Part shown: positions 1 to 10,948 of the stretch, in pieces
Numbering within the stretch: position 1 is the first letter of the stretch
Layout: each line of letters opens with the position of its first letter
Assembly: GCA_009103225.1 (NCBI GenBank)
Contig: RHPI01000772.1
Coordinates: 227,538 to 291,537, forward strand
Source: Chlorokybus atmophyticus
Lineage: Eukaryota; Plantae; Mesostigma and Chlorokybus algae
Direction: 5' to 3'
Length of the DNA: 64,000 nt
Made by a program: the position numbers and the translations under genes
Notes under the pieces: generated by a model
Databases searched by the model: none
Told to the model about the DNA's origin: nothing
The model's input: only the letters and a program-made list of their open reading frames with translations

Positions 1-67
1 TTTTTTTGCAAGCGCTATATAGGAGAGTGCATCTGTGTATGTGTCTGCCAGTTGATGTGTTTGTCAC

Positions 68-630
68 TTGCATGCGCAGGAAGACCTGAGCGACAAGGAT
101 GACACTGCACCGACGATGAAGGTTGGTGATGAAGTCAAGTTGTTCATCGATGGGCGCAAGGAGCCAGTAGGGGAGGCGCACGTAAGCGACATCAAGCCCG
201 TCAACAAGTTTTATGGCAAGAAGATTGGAGAGGGTAACATGGTGGTCCAGTTCAGCCGCAGTCTTCACATCACTAGGACCAGACGTCCTGGTGCAGGGGA
301 AGAAGAGGTTGTGCCTTTGCCAATTAGCTTCAAGCGTGATGGGGTTGGAGTGCAAGTGACCCACTTGAGAGGTGAACGATGATTGCGTGCTGACTGTGCG
401 TGCGTTATGACAACACACTGCGTCTGACGTATTCATGTGTGGTTGATGCATGTGAAGAGTGCGAGGCGGGGTTGTTGCTACTTTGGCCTACTAGGTTGAT
501 GAAGACCATCAAGGTAAGGGAGCTGCCAGCAAAGGAAGGCACATCCACTCCGCCGGGGAGAGGCCGTGGGAAGGGGAGTCGGGGTGGTCGGGGTGGTCGG
601 GGTGGTCGGGGGCGAAGCAGCAGGAAGTAG
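68..630 (+). mobile_element. 3' exons of a probable DNA-transposon accessory gene (DUF8039 / En-Spm TnpA-like C-terminal domain)
   Basis: Translation KVGDEVKLFIDGRKEPVGEAHVSDIKP...YGKKIGEGNMVVQF...PLPISF...GLLLLWPTRLMK follows the V-x-L...V-[AG]-x-[GA]-x-V...G..[IL]G...V...LP.P...G...WP pattern I associate with DUF8039. It is followed by a basic RGG tail and a downstream repeated-motif array. Recognised by eye only. Confidence 0.45.
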
Positions 631-689
631 ATATTGCCGCAGGAGATTCCCACCTGCAAGTGCAGCTCTGGGTAGCAGACATACATTGT

Positions 690-1390
690 AGTCAGCATTG
701 AATGTGTTGTTGTAAGTCGGCTGCCATTCAGCTGACATTGCTGGGCTGGCTGGACGGACTGCTGTGAATATTATCAGTAGCACTGCATATATGGGTCTTG
801 TTCTACTCGAAATCACTTGAACATTCATAGTAACATTGACGGTCGTAAAACAGCAGCTTACCATTGTTCAACGTCATTGCCATTGAATAACTACTCACAT
901 GTAGGACTTCTCGCAAGTGAAAGTTTTGGGTGACTGTAAGTGTTCAAACAATCCCTGCGTGCATATTCAAGTCTGTTGCAGCTGCCATATGGAATACTAC
1001 AGGTATTCAAACGAATCCTGCCTGTGAATGTTCAACGCTTTTGCAAGAGTCTGTCTTGCCTAACTACAAGTATTCAAACGATTCCTGCTTGAATATTCAG
1101 TGGTGTAATACATGTGATGGTCACAGCACTACACCATACAGGTTGAATGTACAGCTCCACTGCAAGTAAATAAATGCCCCACATATAGGACTAGTGTGCA
1201 ATCTAATTGCCACAGGGATATTCACCGACAATTACATTGAACAGGCTTTAACATCTTTCAGACCAAACGGTCTGAATATTTACCTCGACATGCAGGAGCC
1301 GGGGACGCCGTATTCTAGGCTATTCACCCCTGTTTTTGTTGACTATTCAGACCAAACAGTCTGAAAATCCAGGAATCGGGGGGGCTCAGA
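690..1390. repeat. Array of TGAAYR/YRTTCA motifs with two palindromes (subterminal-repeat-like)
   Basis: Roughly 20 TGAATA/TATTCA-like motifs in both orientations. Palindromes TTCAGACC-AAAC-GGTCTGAA (1257-1276) and TTCAGAC-CAAACA-GTCTGAA (1346-1365). Related units TATTCAAACG(A)ATCCTGC occur at about 1004 and 1071. Confidence 0.6.
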
Positions 1391-1397
1391 ATTACCG

Positions 1398-4300
1398 GTG
1401 CTACCTCCAGCAACACCTGGCTCTCGTGCAGGAGGCAGCGCTTTCACCCTCGGGTCAGTAGCACTGCGCGCACCAGCCATCACCGTAGGTGCTGCCATCT
1501 CTGATTCTCCACTCAAGGACCTGTACGCTGCCCTGCGCCGTACCTTCCCTTATCAGACCACCAGCAAGGTTGAGGAGTTGAGACGCTTCCGACGCAAGCC
1601 CAATGAGGATCCCCTCCGCTTGTACTCCAGACTGGAAGGTCTGCTGAAGGACACTGACTACAAGATTGTCAGCGAGGAGGCTGCTGCAGTGATATACGTC
1701 AATGAGTTGGATGCTACTCTGAGCGAGTCGACACGCCTGACTCTGAACTACAGCAGGCCCCTTGGCTACACCCTCAAAGAAGCCTTCGAGACTGCACAAG
1801 CCATCCACAAGCGCTTGGTGTATGAGAAGGCAGTGCTGGACACCAACCGCAGCGCCGTACGGCCTGTAGTCAGCACGACAACTGAGCCTCCTCGCCGCGA
1901 CCGTGGCCGGGACGCTCCACCAGCACGCGACAAAGGGAAACGGTCAGCTCATGCTGCACTTGCTGCCCCTGTGCTGTGTCATCGCTGTGGACGGCATGGG
2001 CACTACCAAAAGGAGTGCACCGAAGAATACTCAACTTTGGTTTGCGACCACTGTCACAAGACTGGTCATTTGGAGTCAGTCTGCTGGCTCAAGTTCCCAG
2101 AGTTGAGGCCCGCCAACAGCTACAACCACACTGGCAACAACTTCAGTGGCTACAACAGCAACAACACTGGGGGCCACACTGGCAACCACTTCAGTGGCTA
2201 CAATAGCAACAACACTGGAGCCCACAACAGCAACAACGCTGGTGGCAGTAACAACAACAACAATGCCAGTGCTCGCAAGGAAGAGCAAGGCTACAGGGGG
2301 AAGAACAGACCTCCTCAGCGTAAGGGACCAGAGACACGTCCGCGCGCTGCTGCTGTTGCCGCCAAGGCTTCAGCCAACCCACCAGCTGATGACCATATGG
2401 CAGCCCTCATGGCGCGTATGGCACGCTTGGAGGAAGACAAGGAGCAGGACTACCGCGCCTGCTACGCTGCCCGATGGGCGCTGATGGCTGAAAAACGCGA
2501 GAGAGACAGGAACACTCCGTCCCGCGTGCAACCATCACGACGAGCACGAGGGGAAGCTGCAACAACATCAGCAGGCACCTCCTCCGAAGCCACCAGTGGT
2601 GCTGCCTCCGCAGCAACAGCCACACCGACTACAATGTCGACTCCACCAACGTCAGCGGTACCCACTCCAGTTGCACCACAACCTGGTACACCGGTGGGCA
2701 CCGTGACGCCGACGCTGGTGAGCACACTGGCAGCAGCCGCCATCTCTACCGAATCTGCACCAGTGGGCGGTGCACTTCCCACTGCAGCAGTGCCTCTGTC
2801 CGTAGGCGTTGAGACAACTCTCGCACCACCGACCGATATCGTCGCAACTACCACAATGGCCATCGTCGAGCCCGCTGTCTCTGCAGCGACGCGCGCAGCC
2901 ACTCTGCCCGCTCTCGACGTCACTCAGGCTGTCCCAACTGGTCAGCAAGCTGAGCGAGCATGGGAAACCATCCTGCGCGGAGCAGACCCCACTACCATCG
3001 CCTTCGGTCGAGGGGGGGAGCGCACCACGCGTGTCGCCCGCGATGATCGCGTCTTCCCGCTACCAGAGGTTCACACCCTTCCAGCACCCACTCAACACCA
3101 ATTGGAAGATGAAATCCTTGCTGGCACTGCACCTCCTATGCGTGACAGGGTGTTTTTGATCAGCTACAGCCCACCTGTAGTGTTGGAGTTGGCCCTGCAG
3201 CTGTTCTGGGCGTTGCACAACGACATGCAGACCGCCCCGCGCCAGCCTGCACGCATGCCAACCACCACCTTTGAACCCAGCCCGCTGGACACGTATCGGG
3301 ACCGCCGAGACGCCATCCAGCAGCGCATCGCAGACGCAGCCGACCTGCCTTTGGGCACTGATGAAGCACTCGGACCTCCTACAACCGCTCGCCTTCATCA
3401 GCGCTACCACGCACTGGAACAAGCATATCATTGGCGACAGGATCAGGCTGCCGCCATTACTGCACGTGAACAAGCTCTTGAAGCTACGCGTGCACCAGTA
3501 CCTCAGTCACCAGCTGCTGGTCCATCCTCCAGCACCACTCCGCTCTTCGTCGAGACCAACTCTGACCAAGCGAGGGCGTTGGCTCAACAAACCAGGGGGG
3601 TGATCGCCCCGTTGCTGCCTGCGCTGGTGGAGGATCTACCTGAGGACCAAAGGGAGCCAGGGAGGGGCTACCTTACACCACAAGGGTGTACACAAAGAGA
3701 TGGAGCAGGACTGGTTGGAGAGCAACAACTGCGCACTGCGTTGTTGCGACAAGCCACCATGCTGCATCGGCAAGAAGGCATCGAACTTCGGCAGTTGCTT
3801 GGGATGCGAGACAATGGCAACGCGGCACGCGCACGGTTAGTGATGTGGCTGGTCACCAACCATCCCGCAGTCCCGTTGTTCGCATTCGGCACCAGAATAG
3901 CGTGGGTGGACGCGTTCCTTCGCTCCATACGGCAAGCCTATGATGAAGTGGCTTCCGCCGCCACTGACACTCTGGAGGGAGCTCTGGAGGCTATACTGAG
4001 TTTGCCAGGAGTGGAGGCAGGACGTCAGCGCAGGCGCATCGCCGCTGCTTACGAGCAGCAGTCCAGCAGCCAGAGACCCGCCTCACTGTACGCACACGAG
4101 CAATAACAGTGCTGGAAGTGGGAGTGGTCAACGGCAGATGGGATGCTTACATGGCAGGGATCCTCAGGGTGCCCACCATCACCCACGACATGAGAGCGCG
4201 GCTCCTACGCGCAGTGTACCTGCAGCCCATGCCTTAGAACCATCGCTATATAGACGTGGACAACAATGCGACGGCGACATGGGAAGGTACACTAGTCAGA

Positions 4301-4740
4301 GAGGCAGCCCATGCTGTGCGATGGACCTATGCAGAGGAGCAGGCTGCACGAGAGGCAGTCCCGCAAACACCAGGTCCTCCAGGGTTCCCGCCACAGCCAC
4401 TGGCCACTCCTCCTGGCATGACAACAGCTGCACAGAGGGTCAACCCTCCTGCACCTCCACTTGGACAGGTTGCAGCAGCACCTCCAGTGCCTAGGCCACC
4501 ACGCGTGTACCAGCAACCGTGACAAGGACGGTTTGGACAAAGCCGAGGACAAGGAGGCCCACAAGGTCCATCAGGCAGAGGAGCCCTGGCTGCCCTACGG
4601 TCAGGCCCCGCAGATGAGAATAAAGCAACAGTCTCTCCACGCAAGAGGTTCCGTCGCTTCAAGAGGCTGCGCATCAACGCCAATGCAGCCATGATCCCCA
4701 ACCAAGGCAAGCACGTGACCATCAATGTGCGGGCACCAAA
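1398..4740 (+). pseudogene. gag: Very long gag of element 1 with two CCHC zinc knuckles
   Basis: 902-codon ORF with no ATG before an upstream in-frame TGA. Knuckles CHRCGRHGHYQKEC (1977-2018) and CDHCHKTGHLESVC (2043-2084). N/G-rich 36-nt repeat near 2120-2240. Coding-like sequence continues in frame 2 from 4106 to 4740 with two stops. Confidence 0.85.
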
Positions 4741-4743
4741 CGC

Positions 4744-5110
4744 GTGATGCTGGACACTGGAGCACAGCCTGTCATTATCGGGCGCTATCTCGCACGGGAT
4801 CTCGGCATCACCAGCGCTGAGCTGCTTCCCTGTCCCTACCAGCTGGACACCGCAACCGGCAACCGTGACAAAGTGCTCGGCCTTACCAAGCAGGCTGTGA
4901 GCATTCGCCTCACAGGACTAAACCCTTCCCACAGCACCGAGATTGTACAACGGTGTGTGGTCACCGATGCCGGGTCCTTTGATCTACTGCTGGGACAGGA
5001 CTGCAACTTCCCTGTCGGTATGGGGATGGACTGCTGGACTGAGCAAGCATGGTTTCGACCGCATTGGGATGAGGACGATGGAGAGGCGCAGGGATTCCTA
5101 CCTCTCGAAC
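4744..5110 (+). CDS. Retropepsin (aspartic protease) of element 1
   Basis: VMLDTGAQPVIIG catalytic DTG motif and downstream FDLLLGQD flap/ILG-type motif. Confidence 0.9.
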
Positions 5111-5478
5111 TGGTGGCCAAGGACCGCTCGCAACGAAGATCGGCTGCAGCAGCCACCTACAGTTTTACAAAAAGCTCACGTGTGCCTCGTGCCCGAACGC
5201 AGCCGAGGACAACTGCAACGAGCTCGAGCCCGAGCCTAAACGCTGAAGAGGACTCTCCTACACCGTACGATGAGTCTCAGGAGACTGTCACCAAAGAAGT
5301 GGCCTTTCAGGAGCCATCCGAGCGTCGCTGGAGCGCACAAGTAGCAACACACATACTGCTGACCAGGCCTCAGCTCACTGCACACTTCTCTGTCTACAAA
5401 GACCAGGCTACAGTGCAGGAGCAGTACCACATAGCTACGGGAGTTGTGGAGTTCCACATGTTCCGCCGACAACAAGGC

Positions 5479-6447
5479 ATCACCGTGCTGGAGCTGTTCG
5501 GAGGCATAGGCAGTGGGCTTGCGGCTGTCCTCAACACAGGAACAACAGTCACCAAGTACCTCTACTGTGACCCTGACCCTCATGCACAGGAGGCTCTGAG
5601 CCATCATTTACGACAGCTGCACCAGCGTTACCCGCAGCAGCTACCACTGTCGGCGCTGCAAGGGAGCCAGAAGGCTCTACCGCAGGACATCCGCTGGATT
5701 ACCAAGGATCACCTACAGGCAGTCGGCAACATTGACCTGCTGATAGCAGGATGGGAGTGTCAAGGGCACTCCAGGGCAGGCAGAGGCCACGGGCTCTCTG
5801 ATCCTCGCTCACGGCTGTTCTGGGAGCTCATGAGAGTCATCAAACTCTTGCAGGCCAGTCAGATCGCTAGGCCCTTGGGGTACATCATCGAGAATGTGCA
5901 CTCCGAGGATAACAAGCGGCTTCACGTCGCCACGGCCTATCGGCAAGTATGCTCCTTGCTGGGGCATCCTCTCAAAATCAACGCCGCGCGTCATGGATCT
6001 CGTGCACACCGCGTTCGCGCCAAGTGGACCAACCTGGCCATTGTGGAAGACCTGTTTCTGGCAGAGTACCTATATAGCAATCGGCCACGAAATCTTGTCG
6101 TCGATGACATTCTGGACCCTGGACGCACAGCGCAACCAGTCACACGCCTTGACCACCACCACTTCTACCAGTGCAACCAGCCTGGTCAGCCGCGCCGCGC
6201 GCTACCCACACTTGTATCCTATCCAGGCTCCTACGCGTTCCGCAATGCAGGCGACGGCATGGTGTTGGACTCCAACACTGGACAGCTGGAAGAACCCAAT
6301 GCTCGCGAGCGCGAGCGTGCTATGGGATTCTTTCCAGGCAGCATCACATGCTCCACGCTGACAACTAGTCAACAATGTCAGTTGTTAGGGCGCGCCATGG
6401 ATCAGAACAGCATGGTGTGGTACTTGGAAATGTGCTTTGCTCTCCAG
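5479..6447 (+). CDS. C5 cytosine DNA methyltransferase domain in frame within pol
   Basis: Ordered motifs: I VLELFGGIG; II YLYCD; III DI; IV DLLIAGWECQGHS (5749-5766); V LSDPRSRLF; VI YIIENV (5890-5898); VIII RAHRVR; IX EPNARERERAMGF; X LLGRAMD. No stops or frameshifts. Confidence 0.92.
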
Positions 6448-6615
6448 GATCGCCATGTGTCCTTCCAGGAGCTCGAACACCTGGCTGGGGGGTGGATTGC
6501 TCGCTTTTCAGAGACCAAAGCAGCACACACCGCCCTCGAGACCGCCCACATGGAGGAGCAGGCAGCAGTCACTGTGGAAGACATTCCAGTGGTCGCCAAC
6601 GCTACCTCGTGGTCC

Positions 6616-7990
6616 CACGCCATTGGACCGCTGGCCACAGGCCAGACTCGAGAGCAACTCGAGGCTCTCCTCAACAAGTGGAGGAGCCAATTCAGCTTCA
6701 GTGTGAAGGAGCTGGGCATCTGCTCAGCATACCAGATGGACATTGAACTAGTGGACACCGAACCGGTGTTCAGAAGACAGTACCGCCTCTCCAAGCTAGA
6801 AGAAGACTTGGTGGAACAGAGGTGCAAAGCGCTGCTAGATGCAGGCCTGATCGAGGAGTCCACATCGGACTTTGCGGCCGCGACCGTCATGCCCCTGAAG
6901 AAAGATTCAGCAGGCAACTGGACAGACCGGCGCATGTGTGGCGACTATCGCCCCCTCAACAACAAGACCAAGCAGGACAGGTATCCAATGCCTACCGCAG
7001 AAGGCATCTTTGACGATGTAGGAGAATGCACGGTCTTTAGCATCTTGGATATGCGCCAAGGGTACAACCAGATCGCCATCAAGGAGGAGGACAAGCACAA
7101 GACTTCCTTTTGGGGAAACCGGCAGCTGTACCAGTGGAAGGTCATGCCCTTCGGGCTGAAGAACGCTCCGGCCAAGTTCCAGCGCGTCATGGACAAAGCC
7201 CTCAAGGGGTTGGACTTCGCACGCTGCTACATCGACGACATCCTCATCTTCAGTCACAGCAATGAGGAGCATCTCCAGCACATCGAAGAGGTGCTACAGA
7301 GGCTGAAGGAAGTCGGGATGACGGTGCACCCTGACAAGTGCACCTTCTTCACCCACAAGGTACCCTACCTAGGACACATGATTGTGCCCCATGGTGTGTA
7401 CGTACAGCAGGCCAAAGTGGAGGCACTGGTGGCTATCCCTGCCCCCACAGACCTCACGCGGCTGCGGGCCTTCCTCGGCCTTGCCAACTATTACCGCCGG
7501 TTTGTCAAGGACTTTGCCAAGATCGCAAGGCCTCTCAACGAACTACTGAAGAAGGACACCGAGTTCTTGTGGAAGGAGGCACAACAGGAGGCCTTTCAGG
7601 AGCTGAAGCTCCGCCTCACCACAGCTCCCATTCTGCAACGCCCTGACTACACCAGGTCGTTCATCCTGCACACAGACTGGAGCAAGCTCGGCATGGGGGC
7701 CGTGCTCGTACAGCACGACAACAACAAGAAGGAGCGCGTAGTGTCGTACGCCAGCCGCAGCAACAACAGTGCTGAGGCCAACTACAGCAGCTACGAAGGG
7801 GAGTGTCTCGCCGCAGTGTGGGCCATCTCCTTCTTCCGACCCTTCCTGTTTGGACGGCAGTTCCAACTGGTCACTGACCATCAACCCCTCAAGTGGCTAA
7901 TGAACAACCAGCACTTGACAGGAAAGTTAGCACGATGGGCGCTGCTGCTCCAGGAGTACGACTTCGAGGTGGAACACCGCGCAGGCCTTG
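6616..7990 (+). CDS. Reverse transcriptase and RNase H of element 1
   Basis: RMCGDYRPLN, DMRQGYNQI, MPFGLKNAP and YIDDIL (7228-7245). RNase H motifs FILHTDWS, YEGECLAAVW and TDHQPL. Confidence 0.97.
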
Positions 7991-8469
7991 CCAACCAGGA
8001 TGCGGATGGCCTCAGCCGTAACCCCCACCTCAGCACCAACGACGCCACAGGCGCCCGACATGAGTTGGGTCCTACAGCTGCACCTTCAGGTGTGGCCACC
8101 ATGTTCGCTGTCGCTGCGCTACGCTCAGGACGCAGGACTCAGATCGCTGAGGCAGCAGCAGACGGGGACATGCCCGCTCTCGAGCCCGCCATCACCACCA
8201 CCGATCCTTTATCAGAAGAAGCAATCGCTGCCGACCCTGAGGTGGATGATGAGGAGCTGGCACCCACCGACACACGACAAGACATCTGGCTGGACGAGCC
8301 ATCGCTCGCACTGCTTCAGACTGGACAACTTCCAGCAGGCATGAGCGCACGCGAGAAGGACCGCGTCCGGCAACGCACTCAGCGTTACCGCTGGGCCAAC
8401 GACAGGCTGTATCGACGGATACAAGATGCAGATCAGGAGGTCCCCACACCAGCTGCACGTGAAGGCATC

Positions 8470-9400
8470 ATCTCCTCCCTTCACACCGAGCTCGGGCACT
8501 TCGGTGTCAAGCGCACGGTCAGCCTGGTCAGGACCCAGTACTGGTGGTATGGGGTGCACAGACAGGTGCGGGAGTTCGTCAGCAACTGTCAGCAGTGTGA
8601 CATGGTTCGCGCCAGCCTCAACACGCGCAATGCCACCTTGCATCCCCTTCCCATTTCCGGGTTGTTCTACCGCTGGGGACTGGACATCCTCGGAGACCTA
8701 GCGCCCTCAGCGCGAGGCAACCGCTACATCCTCGTCATGATCGAGCACTTCTCCAAGTGGGTGGAGCTGGTGCCCCTGCCCGACAAGAGCAGTGAGGGAG
8801 TAGCCCAGGCTTTCCTCTCCCATGTACTCGGACGCTTCGGCAGCTGCGCTGAAGTCATCACCGACCAGGGTACGGAGTTCAGAGGAGCCTTCGACAAGCT
8901 TATCGACAGATGCTTCATCGACCACCGTCGCACCTCACGCGACCACCCGCAGGCCGACGGCCTCGCGAGCGTACCGTGCAGACCATCAAGAAAGCACTGC
9001 GCAAGTACGTCCTTGCCTACGAGAAAAATACCTGGGATGATCACCTCCCATGGGTAGCAATGGGCTACCGGCTGTCCAAGCAGGCAGCCCTGCGAGAGTA
9101 CAGCCCATACTATCTACTGTTCGGAAGGCAGCCATTGCTCCCTTTCCGCGCACAGCAGGAGGTCGACAGAGTGGTGGACAATCTCGACAACCCCGACGAG
9201 ATGTTGTATGATCTGACAGTGCGCAGTGCGCTGTTCGAACACACAGTCCCCATGGCCTTCAACAACCTGCGCATCGCGCAGCACCGCGACACGCTGCGTT
9301 ACGAGCGTGTGCGCAGTGGTTTCTACAAGGAGCGGGAGCGCCGCTTCGAGTCAGGAGACTTCGTCTACCGTATGGCGTCTACACGCGACACCCTCGATAC
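8470..9400 (+). CDS. Integrase of element 1 (1-nt frameshift near 8970)
   Basis: HHCC zinc domain HTELGHFG...CQQC. DDE core GLDILG / ITDQGTEF / QADGLA|ERTVQ, restored by a one-base shift at about 8970. Also PYYLLFGRQP. Confidence 0.95.
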
Positions 9401-9578
9401 CTCCGTCGGGCGTGCTGTCTACAAGGTATTGAAGGTGCACCCCACAGGGGTACTGGACCTGTTGGGACAACGAGGCGAGCGCATGAAGGACAACATGGTC
9501 AACTGTGCGCCCTGTCATCTCCCCTACATTGCTGGCTTCACCAAGATCCAGCACCCGCGTCCGCTGCGCAGCACCCGA

Positions 9579-9713
9579 TGCGAGAAGTGTGGCAGCGCCG
9601 ACGACGACCCATTGATGATGTTATGCGACGGCTGTAATTAAGGCATGCACTGCTACTGCCTTGACCCTCCACTGGACGCAGTACCCTTGTGGGAGTACTG
9701 GTGCGATGACTGC
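9579..9713 (+). pseudogene. PHD finger at the integrase C-terminus, interrupted by an in-frame TAA (9639-9641)
   Basis: Read-through gives CEKCGSADDDPLMMLCDGCN*GMHCYCLDPPLDAVPLWEYWCDDC, an exact C4HC3 spacing. The ORF then ends at TAG 9741-9743. Confidence 0.9.
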
Positions 9714-9782
9714 CGCATTAACGGTCCCCCACACAGTCGGTAGGAACTGAGTTCTGGAGCAGAGGGCTACCCCAGAATCTCA

Positions 9783-10000
9783 GAGGGGGTGGCTTGTTGA
9801 CTGTGTGCACTACGACACAGTCTGTACACAAAGGTGGCGAGCGGCATCGGCGCGTCCACTGCACTAAACACCGCGTAGGCTCATCTTCAAGCCTATGCCC
9901 ACGATTGGGGGGTTGTCTTTTGCTTGCATGACTCCAATGCAGTGCACGGCACTAGCATGCGTGCAGCACTAGCACTCCTCTGCAGCCTGTCCGAGACAAG
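9783..10000 (+). repeat. Putative PPT and start of the 3' LTR of element 1
   Basis: Purine tract GAGGGGGTGG followed by TGTTGA at 9795. 8-bp hairpin GACTGTGT/ACACAGTC at 9799-9822. End not definable because there is no partner LTR. Confidence 0.5.
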
Positions 10001-10012
10001 GTTGCCCTCGAC

Positions 10013-10607
10013 CATGGCAGGCACGACACGTCAAACAGAGGATGGTGCTTTCAAAACTGTGGAGGCATAGTTTCAGTTCTTTGTGGAGCGCTATGGTGGC
10101 ATGGACCCGGCTACCGCTGCTCGTAACAAGCTTACCCAGCTGCGACAGCATGGTCGGGCGGCTTCAGTGTACTTGCAGGAGTTTCTGGTACTTGTTTGCC
10201 GTGTTAACGGTGGGCTCATGCCCATGGACAAGGCTGAGCAGTTTGACCTGTACAAGCGTGGCTTGGATGCGCGCTTGCGCGACCGGTTGCAGTACAACAC
10301 GTCGACGGGGCAACCGTGGGTTCTCGCGGACCTCGCAACCTTGCAGAGGTTGAGTGTGTATCTGTTCAATGACGGTGCTGCGGCTGTGCAGGACAAGTCG
10401 CAGGTGGTGGCTTCAGTCAAGCCACATGGGGGAGGGTGCAAGCGGTTCCCTCCACCAAGTGCGCATGCGGCGAAAAAGGCCAAAACCTCAAATGCACCTG
10501 CGAGTGGTGCTACGCCTATTGCAGCACGCGCCTGCTACGTGTGCCATCAGCCAGCTCATATTGCGAAGAACTGCCCAACCAAGGGAAAGGGCAAGAAGAT
10601 TGAATAG
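10013..10607 (+). pseudogene. gag: gag of element 2
   Basis: ARNKLTQLRQHGRAASVYLQEF...YKRGLDARLR retrotransposon-gag pattern and knuckle CYVCHQPAHIAKNC. In-frame TAG at about 10067 and at 10605. Confidence 0.88.
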
Positions 10608-10948
10608 GATTACGTCATGACTGATGTACCTTCATCTGGTGGCCAATTGCTAGTGTTACATGCAGCAAACTGGTTTGATGAATTGTCTTGTGTACATGTA
10701 ATGACACATGCATGGCATGCATGGCAAGCACATGATAAGCTGCCACTTTTTGATAGTGAAAAAGTGGATGACCAGGCTTGTGTGCTAGTGCATGTAGAAT
10801 TTATCATGCTAACAGAAGCTTTGCGCACATTGTGTGATTTACAAAATAAACACACGACACTGAGTGTGGTTGTCATGGTGCCAAAGTATCATGGACCGTG
10901 GCTAAAGCATACTCGCGGGGGAATTGTGTTGAAACAATTCACAAAGCG
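10608..10948 (+). pseudogene. Extra ~115-aa domain between gag and protease, possibly a decayed Dam-like (N6-adenine MTase) fold
   Basis: Same frame as gag. The C-terminal half (VLVHVEF...LTEALRTL...SVVVMVPKYHGPWLKHTRG) resembles, from memory, the VWLNPPF...L...A.ILVP.W..PW..L.GM segment of Dam-like domains in green-algal retroelements. NPPF is not conserved. Confidence 0.4.

Larger units (their letters stand above)
1398..10000 (+). mobile_element. Degenerate Ty3/gypsy LTR retrotransposon 1 (gag-PR-DNMT-RT-RH-IN-PHD), 5' end missing
   Basis: Domain order gag, PR, RT, RH, IN is gypsy-type. Stops or frameshifts near 4104, 4236, 4520, 4740, 8970 and 9639. PPT-like AGAGGGGGTGGC precedes TGTTGA at 9795. 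No matching 5' LTR found. The 3' boundary is approximate. Confidence 0.93.

Noticed and set aside
1337-1365. 5' LTR match to 9795 (TGTTGACT...ACAGTCTG)
   Set aside because: Only two 8-nt words match and the flanks do not align; probably chance.
690-1370. CRISPR-like array
   Set aside because: Repeats are short, irregularly spaced and in both orientations, in a eukaryotic context with no cas genes.
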